Numbered from the stretch's first letter, positions 47,244 through 56,881 are shown. The stretch: 62,367 bases of DNA from Candidatus Hydrogenedentota bacterium (GCA_016209895.1 JACQVH010000053.1:1-62367), one strand, 5' to 3'. The notes: a model not told the origin generated them from the letters alone. Program-made: numbers and translations.

Positions 47244-48668
47244 TCAAGACACGTCGGACGGGTCAGACGCGTCCGTTAGAACTTTCCGGCTGGCAGGTTT
47301 TCCTGAACCACCTTCCAGCCAGCCGCAAAGAAGATACGCACTCAGCGCAGCGGCCAAGGCTACCAAGTACGGACAGGACAGCTCCGCGAGATATTCTCCC
47401 CACAACCATACCGCGGCGCCGACGACCAGTGTCGCGGCAGCACTCAGGACGCCGCCGTAACGCGTGAAGAGGGCAAAGACGACGACGGTGACAATGCCGG
47501 CGCTGCCGAATGCGGAAGCGGCCTCCACCTGCTCGAACACGCTCTCCGCATGCAGCGCCAACACGTAGGCGATGACGCCGAACAAAATCACCCCGGCCCG
47601 CGCCACCATGACCTTCCGTTTCTCGCTGAGACCCGGTATCAGCGGTACGACCAGATTATGCGAGACTAAAGCCGAGGCTGCCAAGAGCGCACTATCCACG
47701 GTCGAGAGAATGGCTGACACCAGCGCGCCCGCGAACAGCACGTACAAGAACGGCGGTAGATAACGCTGGGCGATCATCGGCAACAACTCTTCCGGATCCT
47801 CAAGATTCGGCAGGATCGCAGGGCCGACCAGTCCGACAAATACGGGGAGAAGGCCCACCACGAGATACACGCCGGCCGCAATGAACGTTGCGTTCCGCGC
47901 CGTCTCCCCGGACTTCGCCGCCAAGGTGCGTGAGACCAGTTCCTGCGCCACCACGGAACCCAGGATCGGAATCGCCCAGGATTCGAGCGTGCTGAACACG
48001 AACCCGCTCTCACTTTCCACACGACTGACGCGCGCGGCACTCATCGCCGTCGTAACGCCCCCGAACTCGTCCAGAGAAAACGCGACCGCGCAAAAGACAA
48101 TGACGAGACCAATAATCAACGCGATGCCCTGAATCAGGTCAGTGATGGCGTCGGCGAGCAGACCGCCCGTCACCGTATACAGGATGACGGCGACCGCCGC
48201 CACGGTGATGGCCACGTCCACGCTGATTGCGGAAGAAGCGGAGATGACGTGGCCGAACGCCTTGATCTGCGCGCCCGCCCACATCACCGACGTGGGCGCC
48301 ATCAACAATACGGCCAGACGCTCGACCCCCGGCGAGTAGCGTATGCGGAACAGATCGCCCAACGTCGTCAAGCGCAGACGATACAACGGAATCGCGAAGC
48401 ACGCACCCATTAACAGAAGACAGAACGCATACCCCGCCGGGTCCGACGCCACACCCGCGAATCCGCGTTCGTAAACCCGGCCCGCCGACCCGATGCACGT
48501 CTCGGCCCCGAACCACGTCGCGAAGACGGTCATCGTCGTGATGGCTAACCCCAGACTGCGCCCCGCCAGAAAATAACTGTCCTCGCTGACCATCCGCCGC
48601 GAGACCATCAGCCCGATCAGCAACTGAACGAGGATGTAGCCGAAGAGGCCGACCAGGAGCAGGTTCAT
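47244..48668 (-). CDS. Sodium:solute symporter (SSS) family transporter
   Basis: SYFLAGRSLG, FATWFGAE, GGLLADAITD.IQG, SAILSTVDSALL motifs. Confidence 0.92.
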   Translation of the reverse strand: MNLLLVGLFGYILVQLLIGLMVSRRMVSEDSYFLAGRSLGLAITTMTVFATWFGAETCIGSAGRVYERGFAGVASDPAGYAFCLLLMGACFAIPLYRLRLTTLGDLFRIRYSPGVERLAVLLMAPTSVMWAGAQIKAFGHVISASSAISVDVAITVAAVAVILYTVTGGLLADAITDLIQGIALIIGLVIVFCAVAFSLDEFGGVTTAMSAARVSRVESESGFVFSTLESWAIPILGSVVAQELVSRTLAAKSGETARNATFIAAGVYLVVGLLPVFVGLVGPAILPNLEDPEELLPMIAQRYLPPFLYVLFAGALVSAILSTVDSALLAASALVSHNLVVPLIPGLSEKRKVMVARAGVILFGVIAYVLALHAESVFEQVEAASAFGSAGIVTVVVFALFTRYGGVLSAAATLVVGAAVWLWGEYLAELSCPYLVALAAALSAYLLCGWLEGGSGKPASRKVLTDASDPSDVS

Positions 48669-48698
48669 CGCATTTCCGAATCGCTCACGATTTCGCGG

Positions 48699-48893
48699 TT
48701 AACCTCGTGCTCTCCCACGGCGACGACTCGCTTTGGGCCGGACCAACTTCTTTGGGGGAAGTCGGACCACTTTGTGGCCGGACGCAGATTGGATCGCGCG
48801 CAGGTCGGCGCAGATCGCCGCCAGATCACCACGGAATTTTCGGGTATGCTGCATCCGATATTTCCGGACCTCCGCTACAATGGGGTCTTTCAT
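48699..48893 (-). CDS. Small putative antitoxin paired with the PIN protein
   Basis: MKDPIVAEVRKYR pattern typical of partners following this PIN subfamily; overlaps the PIN stop. Confidence 0.7.
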   Translation of the reverse strand: MKDPIVAEVRKYRMQHTRKFRGDLAAICADLRAIQSASGHKVVRLPPKKLVRPKASRRRGRARG

Positions 48894-49369
48894 TTCCTGC
48901 TCTCCAATAGCTCAGCGGGTGAACAAATTTCGGGGCATACGTATCCTTCATTCTCGACAATCTGTCTAATCATCGTGCGCGTGAACGGGTTATTCAAATG
49001 AGCGAAGTTCCACGTCACAAGCACCTCTATTCCGTTGACCGCCGCGACCGCGATGTGAAGAGCATCTTCGGGATGCTCCTCGGGTATACCGTTGCCGTCC
49101 ACTATCTTTTCCGCGAGAGTCCGCGCGGCGTCATCAACGTCAAGCATCGGAAATGTTCTGATGGCCGCGAGTCGCAACTGGGCTTGATCGGGATTTCCGC
49201 GTCCGGCCTCTTCGTAGACCAGAGCCGAAACATAAGACTCATATTTCCGAGCCAGCCTAGGCCAAAGTTCACGAGTCGCTTGCTGATAAGCCGCAACCAG
49301 AATATCTCGGCTCGATCTCGCGGTAAGATAGCTTACGATAGTGGTCTCAATATAGAGTCGCTTCGCCAT
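48890..49369 (-). CDS. PIN-domain (VapC-like) toxin
   Basis: LYIETTIVSYL, EDALHIAVAA, LVTWNFAHL motifs. Confidence 0.9.
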   Translation of the reverse strand: MAKRLYIETTIVSYLTARSSRDILVAAYQQATRELWPRLARKYESYVSALVYEEAGRGNPDQAQLRLAAIRTFPMLDVDDAARTLAEKIVDGNGIPEEHPEDALHIAVAAVNGIEVLVTWNFAHLNNPFTRTMIRQIVENEGYVCPEICSPAELLESRK

Positions 49370-49506
49370 GCGCACATCGTATCACGTTCCGCCGTTTCGC
49401 CCAAGGACGCGGCGGCAGTTAAGGTCAAAATTCGTCTCAGTGAAGCGGGGTACACATCGGGACCTGCCCACACGACTCATTCCGCATTCCGCACTCCGCA
49501 TTCGTC

Positions 49507-50703
49507 TCATTCCCACGGATATAGTGCCGGTTTTCGGCCGTCCGCTGGCGTGGTGAAAAATTCTTCGGGCGGCGTGGCGAACGTGAATTTCCGGTCGCAG
49601 ACAAATCCGCTCAGCTTGAGTTTACCTTCCGACAACCATTTCAGAATCGTTTCCATCGTCCGGGTAGACGTTCCGCTGGTGCCGATGGTCGCGGCGGCGC
49701 GGTAATGGTTCTGGTCAATGTCCGCCGCGTCCACGGTCTCGTGGGTGCCGCCGAAGCAAGCGCCCACCGCGTAACCGGACCGGTTGTACAATTTGAGCAT
49801 GAGGCGCTGCGCATCCGGGTCGGGGCAGGACGCCACGACGTCGTCGAACAGCTTGCCGCCGGTGAGCTGTTCCATATGTGACACGATTCCGGCTTCGTGC
49901 TGCAGCTTCTCCTCCAGCGGGAGTCCGTCGAGTCTTGGGATAACCACCGTTTCGACGCTCGCGCCGAGCACCCGCTGCACCAGTGCCGCCTTTTCCGCGG
50001 ACCGGACCAACATCAGAACCCGCGCCGCCCCTTCCAGTTTGGCCAAGGCGGCGTAAATCATGCTCACGGTGCCCGAACCGATGACGCAGGTCAGCCCACC
50101 GGGCAAAACTCCGGCGCGGAACTGATGTCGTCCCTCGGCGTCAATCCCGACGGCGTGGGGGGTCGAGAAAACGGACTCGAGCGCACAAGCGGCCGGCTCG
50201 ACGAGCAACGCTTCGAGCGGGTCCACGTGTTCGGGAACGGTCAGGACCGAGCCGGAGCGGATCAGGTCTTCAGGGATGCGCATGTACTGCGAGAACGCGG
50301 CGTTGATGTAAAAGCTGAGGATATTGATCGGCTCGTCCAGGAGCATGAGGCCGTTGCGGTAACGCGCGATCCGGCTTTGCACCGTGACACGCTGACCCGG
50401 CTCGAAGGTGCGGAGTTCAGCCGGAATCGTCTGCCCTTCGAGATAGCCGATACCTTCCGTCAGCGAGGCCACCTCTTTCCCGACCTCGACGATCTCACCC
50501 ACACATTCATGGCCCAGCACTACCGGCGCGTTGCGGTCCACCTTGTAGTGGCCCTTGCGATAGATGGTCTTGTCCGTGCCGCAGCGCCCGCAGACCAGAA
50601 TTTTGACCACGATGTCCCGGGGGCCGCAGTTAACAGTGATATCTTCAACCCGCACATCCCGCGGGGCGTGGTACACATACGCTCGCGATGTATAAGTGGC
50701 CAT
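49507..50703 (-). CDS. Zn-dependent MDR alcohol/sugar dehydrogenase
   Basis: CGTD, VLGHECVG, EPAACA, VIGSG; no 4-Cys structural-Zn lobe. Confidence 0.85.
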   Translation of the reverse strand: MATYTSRAYVYHAPRDVRVEDITVNCGPRDIVVKILVCGRCGTDKTIYRKGHYKVDRNAPVVLGHECVGEIVEVGKEVASLTEGIGYLEGQTIPAELRTFEPGQRVTVQSRIARYRNGLMLLDEPINILSFYINAAFSQYMRIPEDLIRSGSVLTVPEHVDPLEALLVEPAACALESVFSTPHAVGIDAEGRHQFRAGVLPGGLTCVIGSGTVSMIYAALAKLEGAARVLMLVRSAEKAALVQRVLGASVETVVIPRLDGLPLEEKLQHEAGIVSHMEQLTGGKLFDDVVASCPDPDAQRLMLKLYNRSGYAVGACFGGTHETVDAADIDQNHYRAAATIGTSGTSTRTMETILKWLSEGKLKLSGFVCDRKFTFATPPEEFFTTPADGRKPALYPWE

Positions 50704-50713
50704 CGGGCTCCTT

Positions 50714-50874
50714 AGTTGATAGTGGTCAGTGGCTCGTGATTAGTGGCCAGCCTCCAACGCGGCTGGAGAGGGTGCAGACGCAGACAAACTGAGTTTGCCC
50801 GCGCCACCCTGGCCCCGCGCGCCCAGAAGGCCTTTTCACTTTGTACTTTGTACTTTGCACTTTGCACTTCCTAC
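50714..50874. repeat. Two heptamer blocks (AGTGGYY-type 50714-50748; TTTGYAC-type 50833-50874)
   Basis: agttgat agtggtc agtggct cgtgatt agtggcc; ttttcac tttgtac tttgtac tttgcac tttgcac ttcctac. Confidence 0.8.
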
Positions 50875-50955
50875 GTTTCAAGCGATTAAAATGCACTTCC
50901 GCGGTGTTATTAGTGGGGAAAATAAGCCCCATTTGTTGAAGAGGAGAGGTGCGGC

Positions 50956-51726
50956 ATGCTCACACAGGAACAACTGAAATCCTGGGAAGACAACGGTTAC
51001 GTGCGGCTGGGACGGATCATGTCCCGCGAGGAACTGGCGGCCCTTCAACGCCGCATTGACGACATCATGCTCGGTCGCGTGCTGTATCCGGGCATGTTTT
51101 TCCAGTTGGACAGCGACACCGGCGATTATGGCGATCTGTGGAAGCAGCCCCAGGGATATCAAGGGCCGACCTTGAACTATCGTAAGATTCAAGACCTCGA
51201 ACGCGACCCGCTCTTTCTGGCGTACATGCAGCATCCCTTCTTCCGGGGGCTGACGCGACAACTCGTCGGCGAAAACGTCAGTTGTTTTCGGGCCATGTTC
51301 ATGAATAAGCCGGCCAAGAAGGGCACGGTGCTGCCGTATCACCAGGACGGCGGCTCGCAGTGGGAACTGGACCGCGAGCATTTTATTACCGTCTGGACCG
51401 GTCTCGACCCCGCCACCATCGAGAACGGGTGCGTGCAGATCATCCCCGGCAGTCACAAATTGGGTCTCCTGTCCGAGCGCGGGCACACGATCACGCCGGA
51501 ACAGGAAGCACTTCACTGCAAGGAAGAGGATAGCATTTACCTGGAGGCCGACGCGGGCGAATGTTTCCTACTCCACAACTATGTCCTCCACCGTTCGGGC
51601 GTGAATACCATCACCCAATCCCGGCGCGCCTTCAGCGTCGTATACATGGACGCCGAAACCCGCAGCAAAAAGACCGGCGAGCTATTCCCACTCATCTTCG
51701 GTCAAGGCGCCCTCGCGCCGGTCTAG
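50956..51726 (+). CDS. Phytanoyl-CoA dioxygenase family Fe(II)/2OG oxygenase
   Basis: YHQDG (HxD), TVWTGLD.AT.ENGC..I.PGSH, LHRSG.N....RR motifs. Confidence 0.9.
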   Translation: MLTQEQLKSWEDNGYVRLGRIMSREELAALQRRIDDIMLGRVLYPGMFFQLDSDTGDYGDLWKQPQGYQGPTLNYRKIQDLERDPLFLAYMQHPFFRGLTRQLVGENVSCFRAMFMNKPAKKGTVLPYHQDGGSQWELDREHFITVWTGLDPATIENGCVQIIPGSHKLGLLSERGHTITPEQEALHCKEEDSIYLEADAGECFLLHNYVLHRSGVNTITQSRRAFSVVYMDAETRSKKTGELFPLIFGQGALAPV

Positions 51727-51729
51727 CAA

Positions 51730-51956
51730 CAACCACGAAGAAACAAAGGGTGCCGGGCGGTCAAGGCCGCATCCGAAAAGATCAACCACGAAGCGACGAG
51801 TGCGGTAGGCACGCTGTTGAAAGATTCGTTCGTGTGGTTCGTGTAATTCGTGGTTGTTCTTCTTTGGTTGCAGCGAAACCGCGCCGGTTCTTTGTGTTCT
51901 TTGTGCCTTTGTGGTTTAATCCCCATCGGAAATCTTAAATTTCAGATTTGAAATCG
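51730..51956. repeat. 9-mer arrays (TTCGTGNNN, YYCTTTGTG) with an inverted AACCACGAAG partner, plus AT-rich heptamers
   Basis: ttcgtgtgg ttcgtgtaa ttcgtggtt; ttctttgtg ttctttgtg cctttgtgg; ggaaatc ttaaatt tcagatt tgaaatc. Confidence 0.7.
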
Positions 51957-51978
51957 TTGACGGGGTACCAGGGCGCAC

Positions 51979-52860
51979 GTGGCTACGGCTCTCGCTTACC
52001 GATCCAATGCAAAGATTAATCTGTATCTCGACGTATTGGGCCGGCGGCGCGACGGCTATCACAATATCGAGACCATCTTCCAGACCGTAAGCCTCGCCGA
52101 CGAGTTGATCTTCAATGAACTGCGGCACGGCATCACCCTCGAATGCTCGACCCTCGAACTCGAGAGCGGGCCTTCGAATCTCGTGTATCGTGCCGCCGTG
52201 CTGCTCCAGGAACGCACCGGCTGTACCCAAGGCGCCCACATTCAATTGAACAAGCGCATCCCCATCGCCTCCGGACTGGCGGGCGGTTCCGGCGACGCCG
52301 CCACCACGCTCGTCGCCCTGAACCACATGTGGGATTTGGGTCTCGGCCCGGCGCAACTGGCCGCGCTCGCCCGCGAATTAGGCGCCGATGTACCCTATTG
52401 CCTTGTCGGGGGCACGGTCGCGGCCACACGGCGCGGCGAAGAGCTCCAACCCTTGCCGCCGCTGTCCGAAACGTGGCTCGTACTCCTACATCCCGCGCTC
52501 ACCGTGAGCACGAGCCGGGTCTACAACAGTCCCAACCTCGCCTTCAGCGCCGAGCGGCCCTTCGCGGGACGGACTCCCGCCTTTCGCAAGGCCATTCGCG
52601 CAATGGAACGTGGCGACCTCTGTTCGGTGGTGTTCAATCGCATGGACAGCGTCGTCTTCGCCGATCACCCGCAATTGGCGGAGACAAAACAGCGGTTGCT
52701 GGACGCGGGTTGTCTCGCCGCCGGCATGAGTGGCACCGGCCCCACTCTCTTCGGCATTTGCGCCTCCAAAGCCGAAGCCGCGCGCCTTGCCGAAGTCCTG
52801 GCCGGCGACCAGACCACCGTGGTCGCCACCGTCCCCAACGCCATGGAACGCCTGCAATAG
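51979..52860 (+). CDS. ispE: 4-diphosphocytidyl-2-C-methyl-D-erythritol kinase
   Basis: AKINLYLDV.GRR.DGYH.IET, KRIPIASGLAGGS.DAA, LGADVP, MSGTGPT motifs. Confidence 0.95.
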   Translation: MATALAYRSNAKINLYLDVLGRRRDGYHNIETIFQTVSLADELIFNELRHGITLECSTLELESGPSNLVYRAAVLLQERTGCTQGAHIQLNKRIPIASGLAGGSGDAATTLVALNHMWDLGLGPAQLAALARELGADVPYCLVGGTVAATRRGEELQPLPPLSETWLVLLHPALTVSTSRVYNSPNLAFSAERPFAGRTPAFRKAIRAMERGDLCSVVFNRMDSVVFADHPQLAETKQRLLDAGCLAAGMSGTGPTLFGICASKAEAARLAEVLAGDQTTVVATVPNAMERLQ

Positions 52861-52929
52861 CCGAGAAACACTGCGTAACTAGCCGGTTCCGACAAGCCAC
52901 TAAATGTGCGGCCAAGACGAATCTTCAGC

Positions 52930-52983
52930 TTGACAACTCTTACAGAGTGTAGTAGGATGAGTTATCCTACATTTTGTAGGATA
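52930..52983 (+). promoter_or_regulatory. sigma70 promoter overlapped by two BlaI/MecI/CopY-type TACA-N3-TGTA operators
   Basis: TTGACA (52930-52935), 17 bp, TAGGAT (52953-52958); TACA-gag-TGTA (52941-52951); perfect TATCCTACA-ttt-TGTAGGATA (52963-52983). Confidence 0.85.
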
Positions 52984-52993
52984 GATTCAGGGG

Positions 52994-53395
52994 ATGGGAA
53001 TGGTCCGAAAACGTGCCCCGGTCAGCGACTCGGAACTGCAGATCTTGCATGCCCTGTGGAAAGAGGGCCCCGCCACGGTACGCGACGTGAGCACGCGTCT
53101 TGCGCCGCAAAGAAGACCTTGGGCCTATAACACTATCCAAACGCTCTTGAACCGACTGGAAGCGAAAGGTTACGTCAAGGCGGACAAGACCGGATTTGCG
53201 CACACTTATCGCGCGCGCGTGACGCGCGAGAAATTCCTGGCGCAACAGTTGCGGGAGTTGGCAGAGAAAGTATGCGAGGGGACCACCACGCCTCTAGTAG
53301 CGGCCTTCGTACGAAGACACAGATTCAGGCCGGAAGAAATTGCGGAGTTTCGGCGACTGCTTGACGAATTCGACCGCACAAAAGAGAAATCTTAA
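52994..53395 (+). CDS. BlaI/MecI/CopY-family repressor
   Basis: SDSELQILHALW..GP.TVRDV, AYNTIQTLLNRLEAKG motifs. Confidence 0.92.
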   Translation: MGMVRKRAPVSDSELQILHALWKEGPATVRDVSTRLAPQRRPWAYNTIQTLLNRLEAKGYVKADKTGFAHTYRARVTREKFLAQQLRELAEKVCEGTTTPLVAAFVRRHRFRPEEIAEFRRLLDEFDRTKEKS

Positions 53396-53415
53396 AGCAT
53401 TGGAAGGAGCGCCTC

Positions 53416-55881
53416 GTGGGTATGAGTATTGTTTTCCATGCGGCAACGGCAGCGGTACTGGCGAGCTTGGTGGCGGTCACGTGCCGGTGGAGGCAATTTC
53501 GTCCTTCCATTTGCCACGTTATCTGGCTCGTCGTGCTCGTCAAACTAGTCATTCCGCCCGTGCTCTATTGGCCCTGGACGTTGGAAGAAGTGTACTCGAA
53601 TGTCGAACATTTCGGGTCCCTTTATTTGCCAGAGCTGCCGGCGGTGAACTCAAAACCGCACCACGGGACTTCACTTCGAGACACCACACGTCCGGAACCT
53701 GAAAGTCAGCCTGCGACTGGACTGCCGCAGATTCCAGTGGGTTGGACACGACTCTTGTGGATAATCTGGGCAGTTGGCGCACTTAGCGTCGCCGTCCTCC
53801 ACATTTGGCGCTTCCGCCGCGTACACCGCTCACTACGGTTGGCTCAATCGGCCCCCGACTGGATGCAGGCCTGCGCCGTGGAATTGGCAGTCCGGATGGG
53901 TGTGCGTCCGCCGAAAGTACTTGTGATCCCGGGACTATCTACGGTATTCGTAGTGAGTCCTTGGCAACCCAAGATTCTAGTTTCTCGAGAACTGTTAGCA
54001 TGGGTTAAGCGCGAGGAATGGCAAGGGATTCTTGCCCACGAACTGGCGCATCTCAAGCGGCGAGACCTTTGGGTGGGTTGGTTGGAACTGATTGCGGCGT
54101 GTGTGTGGTGGTGGCACCCGGTGTTGCCCTTTATCCGACGGCAACTGCATCACTTTGCGGAATTGGCTTGTGACGCGTGGGTTCTCTGGGCGGTTCCCGG
54201 GCGGGGACGGGGGTACGCTGAGGTCTTGTACCGAATACTTAGCTTGAGTCAACGGCAGCCCAGCACCGTCCCTGTCGTTGGTATGACGTGTGGGCACGCA
54301 GCTCTGGTGAAGACCCGTCTGGCAATGCTGCTCAAAGGCGATACCCCCTGCGTTCTTCCCAAGAAAGCGCTCGCCGCAGTGTGTGCCTTGTTGTTAGTCG
54401 TGCTACCTTCGTGGACAACTGCAACCCCGCCGTCGTCAGAAGCGCCACCGTCGGCAGTATATCCGCGTCAAATTGTGACAGCGACTACTCAGGACGCTCG
54501 GGCAGTTCTGGAAATGCGGTTGTACTTGGTGAGAGATACGATTGCGGGCATCAACAAAGCTCCAAACGTTCCGGGCTTTTTACAACCGGGGATGGCGCTA
54601 CGGGCCCTCTTGGTTAACCCACTGGATTCAAAGCTCTCAATTGACGACGTCCCTCTTACAATGAAAGGCGCAACGTTGCTATGGGGCGGCCAAACAGACC
54701 CGAGCCATCCGAGGATTACTCAGGTGGCGTCGCCGGTTTTCGTTCTGCGACCAGAGGAGGAAGTTTCAATCTCGATGGCCGTCTCCCGAATTGCGCAGAA
54801 ATGGCTTAAAGCTGAGACACCACAGGAGTTGGAACTTGTTTGTACGCCCGATGGCGACGCGCTCCGCCTCCGCTTCGCGCTCAAGAGCGTCCCATCGGGG
54901 GCGACGATATCCACTGAGAAGGATCTCGATCTGAATGATCTTGATCTGAGCGAGGTATGGACCAACCTGATAGTTAAGGCACCGCTTGACACCTGGGAAG
55001 GGGCCGTAGCCGATATTTCGGGATCTCGAAGAAAACTTGTGGGATCATTGTTGATGTTTTGGATACGTCGCCCCTGCGAGAAGGTGGCGCCCCCCGTTGA
55101 ACTGCCGGGCCCCGAGTCTGGTCAATACATGATCAGCCGACACAAACGGGAACCTTATGATCCGCATGATCCGCAACTTCACTTTCGTGCAGAAATGAAA
55201 GTTACAGAAGCCGAGACAACCGACATCGAACACCTGGTAGCCGGACTGGAGCCATTTTCCGGCGCCTCGAAGGCGTCCACCAATATACGAATGTTCCGTA
55301 TTCCGGGCAAGATACAGTGGGACGCGATCTTTGACAAGATGACCACGTACGAAAATAGCGAGTTGCTATCGGCGCCACGCGCGACGTTTTACGGCCGCGT
55401 GCCGCTGAAAATTGTCACGCGTGGGAGTGGAGGACTCAACGGCGGTTCCCTAAATAAGGAATTGCAGGCCTTCAGTGATTCATTGGTCAATTTCCTCGAA
55501 GCGAAGAGACCTCAGGTTCTAGTCGCAGATTGGGCCAATTCCGCTTATCGTGACGAATCATCAGGCCAAACGCGCACTGTCCGTTCGGGCATTTCCTTTG
55601 CCATTTCCGCCAAGAAAATGGGCGATAACGATGTGGTTGACCTCGATTTGTACTACAACTTGAAAGAATTGATTCGTAAACGTACCGGCCACCTTTTCTG
55701 GCGAAGAGAACACTCGCCCAACGTGCTGGAAACTCCTGTCGAAATTCAGATGTCTTACCATCTCGACGACAGAATTTGCTTCATCAGCAAAGCGCGCACT
55801 CCGGATCGGCTTCGATTGATTTTCTTCGTCATGGAACGGATAGCTCCGACCGGCACTCAATTCTTTGAGAGCTCTCAATGA
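53416..55881 (+). CDS. M56 (BlaR1-like) metallopeptidase with a large non-PBP extracytoplasmic domain
   Basis: WL.VL.KL..PP, ILAHELAHLKRRD, WWHP, ELACD, Y...L motifs; C-terminal beta-rich domain. Confidence 0.88.
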   Translation: MGMSIVFHAATAAVLASLVAVTCRWRQFRPSICHVIWLVVLVKLVIPPVLYWPWTLEEVYSNVEHFGSLYLPELPAVNSKPHHGTSLRDTTRPEPESQPATGLPQIPVGWTRLLWIIWAVGALSVAVLHIWRFRRVHRSLRLAQSAPDWMQACAVELAVRMGVRPPKVLVIPGLSTVFVVSPWQPKILVSRELLAWVKREEWQGILAHELAHLKRRDLWVGWLELIAACVWWWHPVLPFIRRQLHHFAELACDAWVLWAVPGRGRGYAEVLYRILSLSQRQPSTVPVVGMTCGHAALVKTRLAMLLKGDTPCVLPKKALAAVCALLLVVLPSWTTATPPSSEAPPSAVYPRQIVTATTQDARAVLEMRLYLVRDTIAGINKAPNVPGFLQPGMALRALLVNPLDSKLSIDDVPLTMKGATLLWGGQTDPSHPRITQVASPVFVLRPEEEVSISMAVSRIAQKWLKAETPQELELVCTPDGDALRLRFALKSVPSGATISTEKDLDLNDLDLSEVWTNLIVKAPLDTWEGAVADISGSRRKLVGSLLMFWIRRPCEKVAPPVELPGPESGQYMISRHKREPYDPHDPQLHFRAEMKVTEAETTDIEHLVAGLEPFSGASKASTNIRMFRIPGKIQWDAIFDKMTTYENSELLSAPRATFYGRVPLKIVTRGSGGLNGGSLNKELQAFSDSLVNFLEAKRPQVLVADWANSAYRDESSGQTRTVRSGISFAISAKKMGDNDVVDLDLYYNLKELIRKRTGHLFWRREHSPNVLETPVEIQMSYHLDDRICFISKARTPDRLRLIFFVMERIAPTGTQFFESSQ

Positions 55882-55917
55882 CACCGGTCTCGGCTTATCA
55901 GGCAGTCAAGGGGTCCG

Positions 55918-56649
55918 TTACGGGTGGGCTGGTCTGTCCGCGGACTCGAAGTACGGGGCGAACATATACTCGACGGCGGCGAGGTTATCTTCAATCGAGT
56001 AAGGCAGTTCCTGGGCGAAGAGGTCGAGCAGGACGATGGCGTTGATGTGGGCGTCGCCGGCCGCGATGCTGCGCAGGCGCTGGGCCAGGCCGACGTTCAC
56101 GGCGTGGACCAAGTCGTAAATCTTACTCAGGCCCGCCAGATCGAGGTCCGCCGCTCCACCGCGTTTCTTGAGGAAATACTGCGCCAATAGATACGCGCCC
56201 GCCGACCGAAAGATCGTCTCGTCCCGCGTTGCGAACGGCAGGTGAAACCGCGCCATCGGTTTCAGCTTCGACAGGATTGGACAGCCGCTCGTGGCCATCT
56301 TGAGGCCAATCAGCGAACTGAGCGCCTTCTGCACCGTGGTCTTGCCGACAATCGTGCGCTCCTTCGTCGTCACGGTCGTTTCCACGCGGGCATAAGACAG
56401 TAATTGGTTGAAATGCTCGACCAAGTCGCTCAGCGACAGCGCGACCGGGCAGTACTGACATTGCTGGGAGTCGAGCGGACAAATCCGGCATTGGTTCACG
56501 TCCAGTCGTGTCCATTCCGGCGGAGATACCGGCGTGGCGCGCACCTGGTCAAGTGTGTGGGCATCCAACTCCACGCGGAATTGCACCTCCGCATTGTTCT
56601 GGTCGGGCCAAAGGAAATGATAGTCAAAGACGATGGTATCGTCAGCCAC
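55918..56649 (-). CDS. DUF6901-family protein with a Cys cluster
   Basis: PEWTRL...QC..CPL......CP, QKALSSL.GL.MATSGCP, MARFHLPFA..DETIFR; GTG 56649 (ORF-track start 56670). Confidence 0.7.
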   Translation of the reverse strand: MADDTIVFDYHFLWPDQNNAEVQFRVELDAHTLDQVRATPVSPPEWTRLDVNQCRICPLDSQQCQYCPVALSLSDLVEHFNQLLSYARVETTVTTKERTIVGKTTVQKALSSLIGLKMATSGCPILSKLKPMARFHLPFATRDETIFRSAGAYLLAQYFLKKRGGAADLDLAGLSKIYDLVHAVNVGLAQRLRSIAAGDAHINAIVLLDLFAQELPYSIEDNLAAVEYMFAPYFESADRPAHP

Positions 56650-56727
56650 TCCTCTTCTCCACTCCCCCAAGCGCTTCGCTGCCGCCCCGTAGTATCTTCA
56701 GCCAGATAACAATTATCAAGGGAAAAC

Positions 56728-56881
56728 CAGTGCCGAGTACCAAGTACCGAGTTCCCAGTTCCGAGTTCCCAGCGACGGGCAACGGGGCACTAGCATCGAG
56801 CAACTATTCACTGGTCACCCGTCACTGGTCAATAGCCACTATCCGCCGGCCACTGGTTACTAGCCACTGGTCACTGACCAC
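56728..56881. repeat. Mosaic heptamer array, 22 units in unbroken 7-nt register
   Basis: cagtgcc gagtacc aagtacc gagttcc cagttcc gagttcc cagcgac gggcaac ggggcac tagcatc gagcaac tattcac tggtcac ccgtcac tggtcaa tagccac tatccgc cggccac tggttac tagccac tggtcac tgaccac. Confidence 0.9.

Noticed and set aside
49507-50703. Missing structural-Zn cysteines in the MDR as a sign of pseudogenisation
   Set aside because: Many MDR subfamilies lack this lobe; the catalytic C/H/E ligands and the ORF are intact.
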